Source of the DNA: Octopus sinensis
Lineage: Eukaryota
DNA length: 64,000 nucleotides
Assembly (NCBI RefSeq): GCF_006345805.1
Contig: NC_043011.1
Span: forward strand, 42,172,464 to 42,236,463
Direction: 5' to 3'
The notes beneath the pieces were generated by a model, which worked only from the letters and a program-made list of their open reading frames with translations, was not told the DNA's origin and did no database searches. A program made the translations under genes and the position numbers. This document shows, in pieces, positions 12,831-26,300 of this stretch. The first letter of the stretch is position 1, and the number at the start of each line of letters is the position of its first letter.

Positions 12831-14281
12831 TGCAAAGGCTGGGAGTGCAACCCTCTCCCCCCCCCCTCTCTCTCTTTCTACTAAATCATTTCCTGGCCTC
12901 TTCTGATATTCCTGACCTTAGAGCTGTCTGCAAAACACATTTACTAAACACTACAATTTTAAATCTATAGTATTTGAAAATGTTTATGCATATTTGTATG
13001 TCTGCATACGTGTGTGTGTATGTGTTTGTGTGTTTGTGTGTGTGTGTGTGTTTGTGTGTGAATGTATGTTGAAGGTTTGTGTTGTGCGCGTGTGTGTAAA
13101 GGGTTTGTGTTGGTGTGTTGTGGTGATTATAGATGTCAAGTGAGGGTGAAACAGGATGAAGAGGACACTATCGCCTTCCTGCATGTTTTTAGAACAACGA
13201 ATCTGTTAAATTCTACTTAGTCTCTGTGTGTGTGTGTGCGTGAATGTGTGCGTGCGCGCGCGCATGTATGTGTGTGCGTGTGCGCGCGCGCATGTATGTG
13301 TGTGCGTGTGCGCGCGCGCATGTATGTGTGTGCGTGTGGAATGGTGGTGGCGTTCCTGTTGTTTATTTCTGATCATACAAATCTAAGATCAAAACATTCC
13401 AGTCGTAACCATCCCGTCAGAGTTTGCGGCGGGGTGGGTGATGTCAGTTTGTCTTGGACCACATTATTCCACCGTTTCCTTTTGTAGGATGCTTTTTTGA
13501 GAAAAATTTAGCTGCTATTTTCAGCACACTGAGCGATAATGACGAGGCCTTCCCTGTTTTTTTTTTTTTTTTGATGTTGTTGTTTAGCCCCAGAGCAGCC
13601 TTGATTGAACAGATTTTATAATCAAAGGCATTCCAGCCCTCACCCCCTACTCTCCCGTCTTTGTAATGCTGGAAAGAGGCGACGGTGTGGAGTGGGAGAA
13701 AGACTCGAAGAGAGAGGGTAAGTATGAGGTAGATGAAAACGTGGGGAAAAAGACAAAGAGCGAGGAGGGGAGGGGCGATCGTTAATGAGAAATAAAGGCT
13801 GAGGTAGGGGAGACCGAGTGTTTTAGATGAGAAAGCATTAAGGGGGTGGGGTGGGGATTCTCTGTGTGTGTGTACATGTTTATATATGAGAGTAAATGAG
13901 TGAACATTTATGTGAGAGAAAAGAGAGAGAGTTAATGTAAGAGGGAGTGTGAGCATTTATGTGTAAAGACTGTGAATGTGTGTGTGTGTGTGTGTGTGTG
14001 TGTTTGTGAGTGAGTGAGTGTGAGAAAGAGAAAGTGGAGTGGTTAAACACAGATTTACAAGCCTTCGACATTGTAAACACTTCACTGATATCTAAAGATG
14101 GGGTACAGGAGAAGGGGGTATCGGCGAGAAGCTGGGAACGGGACGGTAATGTGAAATGTTTTACACACACACACACGTTTTATATACACACTCTCACATA
14201 TAAACGTTTTCTACATACACACGCACACACACATCGACGTGCCTTTGTGTTAAATCTCCTAATATAATAATGAGCCTAGTG

Positions 14282-14317
<36 letters not shown>

Positions 14318-14840
14318 CCAGAATCACTTCGGACGCGGAGGAGGAGAGAAAATAGTAATTCAGTGAAGGAGAAGTAGTGAGAGTAATAGCCCTGACTGAG
14401 AGGGAATGAGAGAAAGTAATTGCAATGAGAGAACGGAAGGGGTGAAAAAAAAATCAGCGTTTCAACCCTGTGTGAGTATATGTGTGTGTATATGTGTGTG
14501 TGTACAAGGGAAGTATGTGAATGTTTGTATGTATGGTTATTTTGTACTTTATTTATATATAAAATACTACAATTAGCCGTCATTATTGACGGCTAATTGT
14601 AGTATGCTAGTTTGTAATAATGGCTTCCATATCCCTTCATTCAGATTTATTGGTTTCAGTCATAGGGCTGCGGCCATGCTGGAGTAGCACTTCGAACGGT
14701 TTTAATCAAGAGTATTATTGATTCCAGTCTAATACTTTATCCATCTCTATTTCTCAGTGATCGGTGCAAACACACACACACACACACACACACGCATACA
14801 CCCCCACACACACACACGCATACACAGACACACACACACG

Positions 14841-14888
<48 letters not shown>

Positions 14889-15142
14889 TCCCTTAAGAAT
14901 CTAGGACCACATCTCAAAGACTTGCCCTTCTCTTCAGAGTCAGAAAACGTTTCCTTCCCTGCCCACCATATGATTAACGCCTCTACAGATCTCAGGTGAT
15001 ACCCGCCGACCCACAGAAAAAAACTTAGAGAATCCAACGTAGACCAATCTACAGTTGTTTGTCATTTGTGTTACGTTGGGAAGTCAAGGAAGGTCGACAA
15101 ATACGCGCGGCAAGAAATGCACAAAAATATTTTTTTAAAGTA

Positions 15143-15953
15143 CAGTAGAACCTCGTAGTACGAGTGCACCATTGTACGAATAATTTGCTGTACGAGCCGA
15201 GGCTCATGCGAATTTTGTCTTGTAGTACGAGTGGAAATATGCTGCAGGAGCGAGTTTCATACAAGCGACCGCTACTCGGCACTGAGTTCGCATTCACCCT
15301 CCAAACAAGCGCATCTTCCGTTCGCTCAGTCACGGGTTTATCTCGTGGCAGCATCCCTGTTGCATTTTCCCCAGTGTTTTTGTTTAGTTTTGTGCATTTT
15401 TTGCTATTGCTTTATAATAATTAGTTGTGATAGCAATGGGTCCTAAGAAGGTTAGTGTAAAGGACAGTGCTGAGAAGAATAAGCTGATTACGATAGAATT
15501 GAAAAAGGAAACATGAGAGATGAGTACGTGTTGTGTACATAGCACGTCAATACGACCGAAGCACGTCGACGATCTGCACCATCTTGAAGAAAAAGGGACG
15601 AGATCAAGGCCGTTACAGCAACAAGAGGTGTCTCCAGGCTCTTCAAGCAACGCCCATCTGTCCACGAAGAGATGGAAAAACTGCTTCTGTGGATCAACGA
15701 GAAGCAACTCGCAGGGGATACGATTACGGAGACCATCATCTGTTAGAAAGCACGAGCGCTGTATTGGGATCTCCTGAAGCAGAACCCTGGAGCATCGTTA
15801 GAGGAGACATCAGCAGACGCATTTAAGGCCATTCGCGGCTGGTTTGGTCATTTCAAGAAGAGGCCTGGTGTTCATAGTGTCATCATGCATGGAGAAGCAG
15901 CGAGTTCTGACACGAAGACAAGTGAGGATTTCGTGCGTGAATTCCGTCAGTTT
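15143..15953 (+). pseudogene. Tigger/pogo-family DNA transposon: left TIR plus frameshifted N-terminal transposase (CENP-B-type HTH region)
   Basis: TA|CAGTAGAACCTCGTAGTACGAG at 15141; ATG at 15436 (MGPKKVS). Across frames: IARQYDRSTSTICTILKKK, HEEMEKLLLWINEKQLAGDTITETII, FKAIRGWF, HGEAASSD. Confidence 0.9.
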
Positions 15954-15984
15954 ATCGGAACTCGATCTCGCTCAACTTTCTCCC

Positions 15985-16175
15985 AAGACATCATCATTCC
16001 AATTGATTACTACATTTTCGTCGATAACTTCCTGCAAATGCATTTTGACGATCAAGTAGCAGTTCAAAACGCTTTCGAAGAATTTGTTGGTTCCAAGTTT
16101 CCAGAAGTCTTATCTACCAGAATAAACAGACTTGTTTATATCTTTGGCAAAAATGTGTACATTCTAATGGTTACT
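15985..16175 (+). pseudogene. Mariner transposase C-terminal fragment
   Basis: PIDYYIFVDNFLQMHFDDQVAVQNAFEEFVGS...RINRLV resembles the mariner C-terminus (P.DYH.F..LDNFL...F...AF.EFV.S....GIN.L). Confidence 0.7.
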
Positions 16176-16637
16176 ATTTCGATTACTAAAACTTAACTTT
16201 AGTCATACTGTTTTAATGTTGATAGCGAAAAACTGCAATTATTTTCACACCAACCTTATATACATATCCTTGTCAACGTTGGCAGTTCGTCTCACAGAAG
16301 TGTCAGGCGATGCACGTGAGGGTGCTTGGCTTAACCTCCTCATCGCTCGTGGTAATGCTGTGAGCATGGTGGCTTGCTTCACTAGGTTCTATTAATCCTT
16401 GTAGTATGCGACCAGTTCCTGTAATAAAAAAAAATCCCCACAAATGGTTTCAAAACAGTTTTAACAGAAAGCTTTGGAAGAATTAGAAGAAAATTCTCCA
16501 TTAATTTTCTTTCATGTAATTAAATGTTTTTGTTAATTTAAGAATTTGCCAGCAAAATCTTATAAAATGATAACGCTCTAAAAGAAAAAAATATATATAT
16601 GTATGTATATATATATACTCTTTATATATATATATAT

Positions 16638-17057
16638 ACTCTTTACTCTTTTCTCTTTTACTTGTTTCAGTCATTTGACTGCGGCCATGCTGGAGCACCG
16701 CCTTTAATCGAGCAACTCGACCCCGGGACTTATTCTTTGTAAGCCCAGTACTTATTCTATCGGTCTCTTTTGCCGAACCGCGAAGTGACGAGGACATAAA
16801 CACACCAGCATCGGTTGTCAAGCAATGCTAGGGGGACAAACACAGACACACAAACATACACGCACACACACATATATAGATATATACATATATACGACGG
16901 GCTTCTTTCGGTTTCCGTCTACCAAATCCACTCACAAGGCTTTCGTCGGCCCGAGGCTATAGTAGAAGACACTTGCCCAAGGTGCCACGCAGTGGGAATG
17001 AACCCGGAACAATGTGGTTGGTAAGCAAGCTACTTACCACACAGCCACTCCTGCGCC
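16638..17057 (-). mobile_element. Full-length SINE family 2
   Basis: Complete head (ggcgcaggagtggctgtgtggtaag on the minus strand) through to the tail. Confidence 0.9.
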
Positions 17058-17102
<45 letters not shown>

Positions 17103-17127
17103 TGTGTGTGTGTGTGTGCGTGCGTGC

Positions 17128-17311
17128 GTGTATAGCCACTACATATTCTTATTTTCTCTCCTTGTTTCTTTCTGTGTTCCTTTTTGTGGAAAAGCGTAGG
17201 CTCGAAACGTTAAAGACTTTTTCACTTCCCGAGCGTTATACTAATACATCTGTTTGTTGTCTACACCACGTCTTCGTCTTTTGTTTGTTTGTTTTTTGTA
17301 AATTCTCCCTG

Positions 17312-17312
<1 letters not shown>
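17128..17312 (+). mobile_element. Penelope-like pLTR-type short element with decayed hammerhead-like motif
   Basis: 17180-17215 reads CTTT-TTGTGGA-A-AAGC-GTAG-GCTC-GAAAC-GTT-AAAG. The body matches 12228-12415. Confidence 0.55.
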
Positions 17313-17358
<46 letters not shown>

Positions 17359-17574
17359 ATATATTAATAAATGAAATAAAACATGCATATATATAAACAT
17401 ATATGTACGTACCTACCTCTACATGTACATATACACGCATATATGAGTACAGGACACCAAAAAGGACGTCGAACACAATGAGAAACGAAAACATAGACAC
17501 AAACCAAAGGAACTGGACATTTTTTTAAAAAACAACAAAAAATGGAGTACAGGACAATTAACACAACGAAAAAT

Positions 17575-17790
17575 GTATATATACATACATACATACAATA
17601 CATACATACATACATACATGCATACATACATACATACATACATACATACATACATACATGCATACATACATACATACATACATACATACAATACATACAT
17701 ACATACAACATACATACATACATACATACATACATACCTACATACATACATACATACATGCATACATACATACATACATATGTGCATAAC
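17575..17790. repeat. (TACA)n microsatellite (a similar (TATG)n tract is at 44510-44760)
   Basis: Direct inspection. Confidence 0.95.
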
Positions 17791-17812
17791 GTTGTGTGTG
17801 TGTGTGTGAGTT

Positions 17813-17843
<31 letters not shown>

Positions 17844-18474
17844 CTCTCTCTGTGTTTGTTTGTTTGTTTGTTTGTAAGCATTAGCAGACATCTTCATCTC
17901 GTCGAGTATCTTTTTCCGCTGGAATAAGTTAATCCTTTTATCTGTTTATCCCTTTAACTTTGTCGCACAAAAATCTACTTTTCAAATACATTGGATCTCA
18001 CCCAAGCCTTTGTTTAAGAAAGATACCAGCTTCCGGTTTAATCTGATTTTGTATGAAAGATGGCGCCACATTTGTAGATAGGCCGTCGCTGTCAGTGACA
18101 TGTAGGACAGTCACTTTATGTGTGATTGTATGTATGAGAATGCGTTTTTGTTTGTGTCTTAGCCTGTCTTCGTTTATAAGTGCTTATGTATGTGTGTCTC
18201 TGTTTAATCTCAGTGATTGTCACAATCGGTTTGTACGTTGGGATGTTGGTTCTTGCTTTCATAGGTTCGTCATTTTGTCTTTTCGCCAGCGTTATGCAAT
18301 ATATCCAGATGTAGCGCTATGCTATGTCGCCAGCCATTGACACTCACCCAGCTCTTGGCTCAGTCTGTGGAGCTGTAAATACACCCCAAGCAGTTGTGAC
18401 TGGGTAGTGAAGGAATGTTCTTTAGTAGAGCACCAGGCAAAATTATCTTACTGCATTCGTTCTGGATTTGTTAT

Positions 18475-18515
<41 letters not shown>

Positions 18516-19734
18516 GCTACTGCTGCTCTGATACAATCAAGTGGAATCAATTGTGAACTCTTTTAATACTGGCTTCAAATTTTGGCACAAGGCTAGCAAT
18601 TTTAGGGAAGGGATTAAGTCGATTGCTCAACTGGTACTTATTTTACTGACCCCGAAAGGACGAAAGACAAAGTTGACCTCGGCGGAATTTGAACTCCGAA
18701 CGTTAAAAGCCGAAAGTAATGCCGCTAAGCATTTTGTTCGGTAACGATTCTGCCAGCTCACCGCCGTATGGAATCTCTTAATACTACAACAATTTCGGAG
18801 TTACTTTGTATTCTTGGTTCAAATGGGCTTCTCAGGTGACAGCAATTCATATCTTCTTGTTCTAGCTATTGGTTGTTTCCAAATAGTAGTGGAAGCAGTA
18901 ATAAACCTACCTTTGGGGATCGATAGAAATATATTAGTTCCGAGTATCTGATCTAGCTCGTTGCATTCTGATTGCAATGTCTGCGACAACACTGGTGCCA
19001 AGCTGTACCATTCCAAAATCAGTGTCTTTTATCTTGGATAAACACCAGTGACATGGAGAAGGGAGACTTGCATGTGGGCAAGTGTCAGTCTTCCCCACCC
19101 CAACCCATACCTGCGCAAACATGTACAGAGAATGGTTATTCTTGACCCAACAGTTACCCTGGTGTATATAAAATTAGAAATTGTTGCATGCAGGGATGGT
19201 CGGTGTAGTGATATCATACAGAGAAGGTTTCTCTATTCTAGATCTATAGGCGTGGGCTTATGTGTGTCGCTAAGAAATTCGCTTTACAGATTTCTGGCTT
19301 CAGACACCTTGAGCCAACATCTTCTACTATAACTTCGAGTGGACCATGGTTTTGTGAGTGAAATTTGGCAGAAGAGGATTGTCTAGAAACCTCTCGGAGG
19401 GAGTCATTCCTGGTAGATGTAATCAAGTACCGATTTTGATAAAAATCGAACATAGACTGTTCCCCAACTCCAACAAATAAGTGACCTGAAATCTGGGTCT
19501 TAAAGACAACCATCCTAATTGTTGAATTTCGAATTAATTAATGTTAAATTGTCATGAACAACAACGAATGAATGAACACTGTTTTAGTCGCTCGACTTGC
19601 TAGAAAAAAGTGTCAAATCTCATTAAAATCATATTTGACCATCTTAAAGAGAAGGTTGATTGGCAAACGATGGCTAATATATAGTCTCATGTACATTATG
19701 GCTAAGTACACCCAGGGGTGGGACGTCCTTCATC

Positions 19735-20040
19735 ATACCCCTGCTACTTCCACCAACAGCACTACACCACCACCACTACCATCACCACTACTACTGCTGT
19801 TGCTGCTACGCTACTACTACTACTACCACCACCACCAACTCCACTACTATCACCACCACCACACCACTACTACTACTACCACTACTACTATCACCCCTAC
19901 CACCCCTACTACTGCTGTTGCTAGTACTTATACTACTATTACCGCTACCACCATTACCACCACCTGCACCATCACTAATACTACTACTATCACCACCACC
20001 ACCACTACTGCTATCACCACACCATACCACCACCACTACT
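19735..20040. repeat. Imperfect (CAC/TAC)n trinucleotide tract
   Basis: Direct inspection. It explains the poly-Thr/His/Tyr ORFs. Confidence 0.9.
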
Positions 20041-20986
20041 ACTTGAAAACAACCAAATAACTTGAACAAAAGTATCTGAATTTCCCGTTCTCACCCAAAT
20101 TACTCCGGGATCATTTGTATTATTAAAGAGTCCGCACTCAATGCCACCTGACGGTTTTTTTTCCCAGCAATAATAGAAATGCTTGTAGTAAGTGGTTGGG
20201 AAGGCGGAGGGTTTTCAAGAGGATATACATTGCTAATTGTAGATAACGTGAAAGTTTAATTAATTTAAACCAAGCTCTGGGAGTAAGATTGTTAAGTATT
20301 TGAAGTATTTCAAAATATTCGCCATCTTTTTATTACAGTTTCTACCCTGCTGTAATTATAGGTGCTGATGATGAAATCCTTTTCATTTTGTTTTGTTTTC
20401 TTTTTTTTGTTTCTTGAAATTAATATTGAAAAAAAGTTACTAGCATTTAAAATTGTGTAATTTTAGCCAATCAGAAGCTTTAGTTGCCATGATTTAATAC
20501 AAATAAGTTAGGGAGTGACGAAGTGTATTTTAACGTCAGCAAAGGTCTTTCGTTCAATAGTCCCCTTTTAAGCGGAGAAAGGAAAAACAAAACCTAGCGG
20601 AAATTTTTTTGGCGACTCTCAATGAAGTGGGAAGATAATTTCAACCAGAAATTACCTGAGAGGAAGCTATTTCTGAAAGATCAAATGTTGATGTAGGTTG
20701 CCTACATTACCTCCGTAGCATATTACTGTATGGCTGTTGTGCCTTGCTTCATATCAAATCTGACCATCTTGCGAAAGAGACAGGTTTCACCGATCAGAAG
20801 TTCCATTTGCTGCTGACATCCTGTTTCAAGAGTTAGGGATGTCATGGCTAAATGATGTACATGCATGGGATGGAGGATGTTTCCAAGTTAGTGACAGGTG
20901 TAAACACTTTTTATGTGCGGCCCATCTTTCGCTGCCGTCTCTTTGACAGAGTCGCAGGTTTGTGTCAAACGTCGACCAAGCTTGGC

Positions 20987-21065
20987 TCTCTGGTTGACTC
21001 TCTGGTTGACTCTCTGGTTGACTCTCTGGTTGACTCTCTGGTTGACTCTCTGGTTGACTCTCTGG
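20987..21065. repeat. Perfect 12-bp minisatellite (TCTCTGGTTGAC) x6 plus a partial unit
   Basis: Units end at 20998, 21010, 21022, 21034, 21046 and 21058. Confidence 0.95.
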
Positions 21066-21223
21066 CACATGGAATCTTGTCAGTATTTATCGTCCTCTAC
21101 TAACTAGGCATTTTGATTGTTGAAATATCAATCCTTGCATTATGTAGAAGACTAATGACTGACACGAATGGCGATAATTTAAGGATCGATGGTGACCAAC
21201 CGAGCAGTATCTTTCAGAGATTT

Positions 21224-21456
21224 AAGGCGGCGAGCTGGCAGAATCGTTAGCATACCGGGCGAAATGCGTAGCCGTATTTCGTCTGCCGTTACGTTCTGAG
21301 TTCAAATTCCGCCGGGGTCGACTTTGCTTTTCATCCTTTCGGGGTCGATTAAATAAGTACCAGTTACGCACTGGGATCGATGTAATCGACTTAATCCGTT
21401 TGTCTGTCCTTGTTTGTCCCCTCTGTGTTTAGCCCCTTGTGGGTAGTAAAGAAATG
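21224..21456 (+). mobile_element. Full-length tRNA-SINE family 1 with 18-bp TSD
   Basis: TSD agtatctttcagagattt at 21206-21223 and 21457-21474. Confidence 0.92.
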
Positions 21457-23560
21457 AGTATCTTTCAGAGATTTTTCAACTCTGAAGCTTTGAACAACTT
21501 TCAAACAAATTTGGTCAAACATTTTTAGCGGAGGTTTTGCTAGTTCGGAACAAGTTCTACATGCACAGTAATTCCAAGAGTTGGATCTGTCGAAAGCGTG
21601 AAGTACGAGAAAACCATCCTCCATGCCTTCGTTCAATGTTTAACGATTAGGAACTAGTGGAGTTATGTTGAGCAATTGTTGTTTGTGTGTGAGCAGAATG
21701 GATCTGGTTGTCAGATGAGTCAATTGAGAACATAACATTTCCGACTTCCTTTTGGCAAAGAGGACGAGCAATTTCTTTGTTTGGTGGTCATTGTGTAAGC
21801 GGTAAAGTATTAGATAAGATTGGATGCACTCAGCAGCGGCTGTACGTCATGTCCTCGCTAACTTTTACAAATACCATTTGAAGATGAAATGGAAAGTGCT
21901 GCCATCTAGTAAATTTATTGATAGGTGGGTGGGTGAGATTGGTGAACATGACCTGAGTTAACAGATCGGTTGTGGGCATAATTTGGGAGCCGGGTCAATC
22001 CAGGATTTTGTGGGGGCGTCTCTGATTAGTATTAAAACACACTCATCCTTTTGAAAAACACAAACCTATTTAGTTATTAAAATAACGACTCTTTTAAGAC
22101 TAGTTTTGTTTTCATCATGTTTGAATTTTCGACGTAAACAAATAAACGGAGGTGGAAGTTCTCGAGATATGAGAGAGATAAAAAATACAACTAATCTATT
22201 TATCGAGTCTTTAAATTACGTTATGCAGATTATGTTGACCACAACGAATCCACACAAGAAATTCGAAAAGACTGCACATTGTACATAACATCCGAGAGTC
22301 ATAAGATAAATGAATTCTTATAGGAAAATTATTGTTACTGAGTCATGTGGTACAATAAGCATCAGTGATTGGATGAAATCTGTGCCAGAGTTGTGACAGG
22401 GAAGTTGTTAATCCAGATTGAAGATGATGGTATAATGATGTTACTGGTGAAAGAAAGAAGCGTTGTTGCTACGATATCTCTTTACGTTGGTCAGTATTCA
22501 GTATCGTACGTGGACTTTCAAGATGCCAAAATATGCAGCCAACAGCCGATAAAGGGAATGTCCAACAGTTCAAGTTGTCTATAAGACACATGCCTGTGTG
22601 TGTGTGTGTGTGTGGAGGAAGACTTGCAACGACAGGGTTTCGCGACACCTTGGACAAATTGTCTTCTATTCAACAGCTGGACCGACTAAAGCTTTCTGAG
22701 TGATTTGGTAAACGGAAAGACTGTGTGGAACTTCGTCATATGTGTGCGTGTGTATCCACCACTTAACAACCGGTGTTGGTTTGTTTACGTCCCTGTAACT
22801 TAGTTGTTCAGCAAAATCGACCAATAAAACAAGTACCAAACTTAATCCTTCAAGGCTATGCCCCAACATGACCATAGTCCATAGTAAAACAGGGGTGTCT
22901 GCGTGTGTGTGTGTGTGCATGTGCGTGTGTGTGTATGAGTTCGCAGTGTCCACCTTTTGTGGTTTCATTTATTGGTAACGCTAATTATAATAAGTTGGAT
23001 AATAGTGAAGCTACATGGAACCAGCCTATAAAACTTGGCCCATAACTTCTCTAATGTCGTATGTAACCGGTAAAGCTGACTGATTGACGGTTTAACAACG
23101 GAGGCATCCAGTGTTCACATCCCACAAGCGACACTGTTCTGATTCGCCGGTATAAATATTTAAGAATGCGTTTCGTGACGATGAAATAACTGCAGTTATT
23201 GTGAGCGCATGAGCAAAGCAAATGTATGCTGGCTCTGAATAAAACGGCTCTGGATATGATCTGATGTTTCTCATATGTGATGTACGAGTTCCAAAAATGT
23301 GTTCTCATAGTTTATTTTTTAGGTGGAATAACATTTAAAAATGTCATTCTTCAAAATCGATATTTTAGGTGAACGTAAAATAAAAATCTACTTGTAAACA
23401 GACACAAAAATGCTCAAGCGCACAACATTATACAATTCCCTAGTGATTCGATTGACATTACTTTTGCAAGTACGGCGAACTCTATGCTTTACTGTAGGGG
23501 TCTAATAAGACCCAAACTTGTAGTGCTTTCTCCTGTCCTTTGTCAACTATTCAAGGAATA

Positions 23561-24444
23561 CAGTAATCCCTAACCATATCGTGGTTCACCTATCGCGGCC
23601 TCAGTACATTGCGGAATTTTCTGGCTAATATATGTAAATTTATATCGCGGACTCCTCAGTCCACCGCGGGTTTCTGCGGCCGATAGTTATTTATATGTTT
23701 TTAGATTTTAATTATTTATGTGGTAAAATAAGCATTTTCACACCTAAAAGTTAAAAAATTAATAAAAATAGAGTACAGCACTGTGCTGTATAACACATTA
23801 ATTAAAATATATTAATTAAAATATATTAAAAGAAAATATGTAGAGTTCCATAGATGAGTAAACAAAGAATTGCACATACTGTATGGAAAACGAAACTCGG
23901 GAGGCGAGTGTGTGGTGTTGTTTTGCATTTATAATAAAACTAGCAGTATCGCCCGGCGTTGCTCAGGTTTGTAAGGGAAATAACTATAAAGCATTTTTAG
24001 AGAGTTATAGCCAAAAAATAGCAAAAAAATGGAAAAAAATGATGGTAAATTTTTTTTTTAGTTAAAAAAGGTGGAGTGGCGTCCCCTAGATAGTTTGCGG
24101 TTTGTGTTTCTGATTCTCGACCCCATGTCGAATTTATCGATTTTTTTCAGAACTGGGGGAACTTTTCAAAATTTTCGCTGCGTTAGTTTTGAATTATGAC
24201 ATTGGGCTATGTGTGTGTCAAGTTTCATCAGAATCGGTTGAAAGCCGTGGTCAGGGTGAGGGTACAAGCAAACAGACACACAGAAACACGCACAGACAAA
24301 CTGCCGTTTATATAGAGAGAGATAACTATATACAAATTATAAAAATAATTTTTAAAAATATACAGTGTTGTTTCTACTTAACGGATTATCACCTATTGCG
24401 GAGGGTTTTGGAACATAACACCCGCGATAGTCGATGGATTACTG
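23561..24444 (+). mobile_element. Tigger-like MITE carrying a nested Helitron-like insert
   Basis: Left end TA|cagtaatccctaaccatatcgtgg. Right end ccgcgatagtcgatggattactg is an approximate reverse complement. Confidence 0.5.
23939..24323 (+). mobile_element. Non-autonomous Lep1-like Helitron element
   Basis: Starts actagcagtatcgcccggcgttgc and ends with an acagac/cac microsatellite plus gtttatatagagagagat. A related start, actagcagctaagcccgg, is at 39404. Confidence 0.45.
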
Positions 24445-25564
24445 ATTCGATTATTGACCTGTTGTCTTTTCCCCAACATATAATTATCTGTTATTAAATT
24501 TTATGTATATTTTTTAAACATTAACTGTATTTCTATTAATATTACTACCATTGGTGTATGCTTATCAAAGCTACCACTCTTTTATGTTTTATATTTTTTG
24601 ACACCACATTAATTTCGGTGTGTGTAGTTTCTCTTGTTTGACACAGGGCTTAATGTTAACGCATTTGGAAGACATAGGCCGCTGTGTTTTAAAATACATG
24701 GAACAAATATGTTAACACAAATAACGCATTTGTTAGGATTATAGAGTCGTGGGAAATTCGAACTGAGAACGCAAAGAGCCGGAACAGTCCCTGTAAAGCA
24801 TCACATCTGACTCTAAGAATCCCAGCAATCCACTGCCCTGGATTATTACCATATTTATCGAACCTCGAAAGGATGAAAGTCAAATTTGACGTGAATAGGA
24901 TTCGATCTCTTACGAGTAGTCAGTGCGGTATTTATTATATGTATAATAGTTAAAGTCTGCATCATTTGATGCAAGGTCCTGGAATAAATACCGTAAGGCA
25001 CCCTGTCCACCGCTTTAACGACTCTGCTAATTCACACTCCATATGTGTGTGTCTGGTGGGTATATGAATATACTTGGGGCTAGTGATGGGTGTGTGCGTG
25101 CACGCGTGTATATGAATCAGTCCTATGAATGCAAATATGTTGAGGTCAGTTCTTTCAGGATTCAGTCTGCGACTTATATTATTGTTCTTTATTTGTCGAA
25201 TAGCTAAGTTGCGGAGTGTAAAGAGACACAATATAAACAGCAGCGTTTTCTTTCTTTTTTTACCAACATAAACATACAGACGGACACTGGAATATTCGCA
25301 CACAATTGTTATTATAAATATTTGACTGCCTTCGAAGTCAAATATATTCATAATAATTATTTATATAAAATGTATGTATATATGTGTGTATATGCAGTGT
25401 CCTTCACATGCAGTCGCTGTATGCGTGACTGCCACTCCCGGGTGGGCCTCACCAGACGCTGCACCATCATCCGCAACTGATACAATTTCTCGGGGCGCAA
25501 ATCCATGGTCACTTGAGACCGACGGATGCTTACAATACAATTATAGATATTTATTCAAATGGGC

Positions 25565-25599
<35 letters not shown>

Positions 25600-25675
25600 A
25601 ATAAATACACACATACATGCACACATACATTAATATATGTATGTGTATATATCCAAATTGGCGTGTGTGTATATA

Positions 25676-26025
25676 TTCTTTTAATTTTTACTTGTTTCAG
25701 TCATTTGACTGCACCGCCCTTAATCGAACAAATCGACTCCACGACTTATTCTTTGTAAACCTAGTCCTTATTTGGTCGGTCTCTTTTGCCGAACCGCTAA
25801 GTTACGGGGTCGTAGACATACCAACATTGGTTGTCAAGCGATGGAAGTGGGGGGGACAAACACAGACACACACATGTATACACGACAGGCTTCATTCAGT
25901 TTCCGTCTACCATATCCACTCACAAGTCTTCGGTCGGCACGAGGCTATAGTAGAAGACACTTGCCCCAAGTGAGACTGAACCTGGAACCATGTGGTTGGA
26001 AAGCAAGCTTCTTACCACACAGCCA
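25676..26025 (-). mobile_element. SINE family 2
   Basis: Aligns to the 28506-28894 copy. Confidence 0.85.
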
Positions 26026-26127
26026 GTAAATATATGTAATCAAATAGATATGTGTGTGTATACGTGCATAGATAATATACATATATTATCTATCCATACA
26101 TACATAGCTACATTTATATGTATGTAA

Positions 26128-26162
<35 letters not shown>

Positions 26163-26175
26163 GGTGTGTGTGTGT

Positions 26176-26241
<66 letters not shown>

Positions 26242-26269
26242 GGTTGTGTGTGTGTGTGTGTGTAAAGTG

Positions 26270-26300
<31 letters not shown>

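Noticed and set aside
23092-23274. RLWDVNTG peptide resembling a WD40 repeat
   Set aside because: Only a short motif, with no GH dipeptide, no neighbouring repeats and no clear splice sites.
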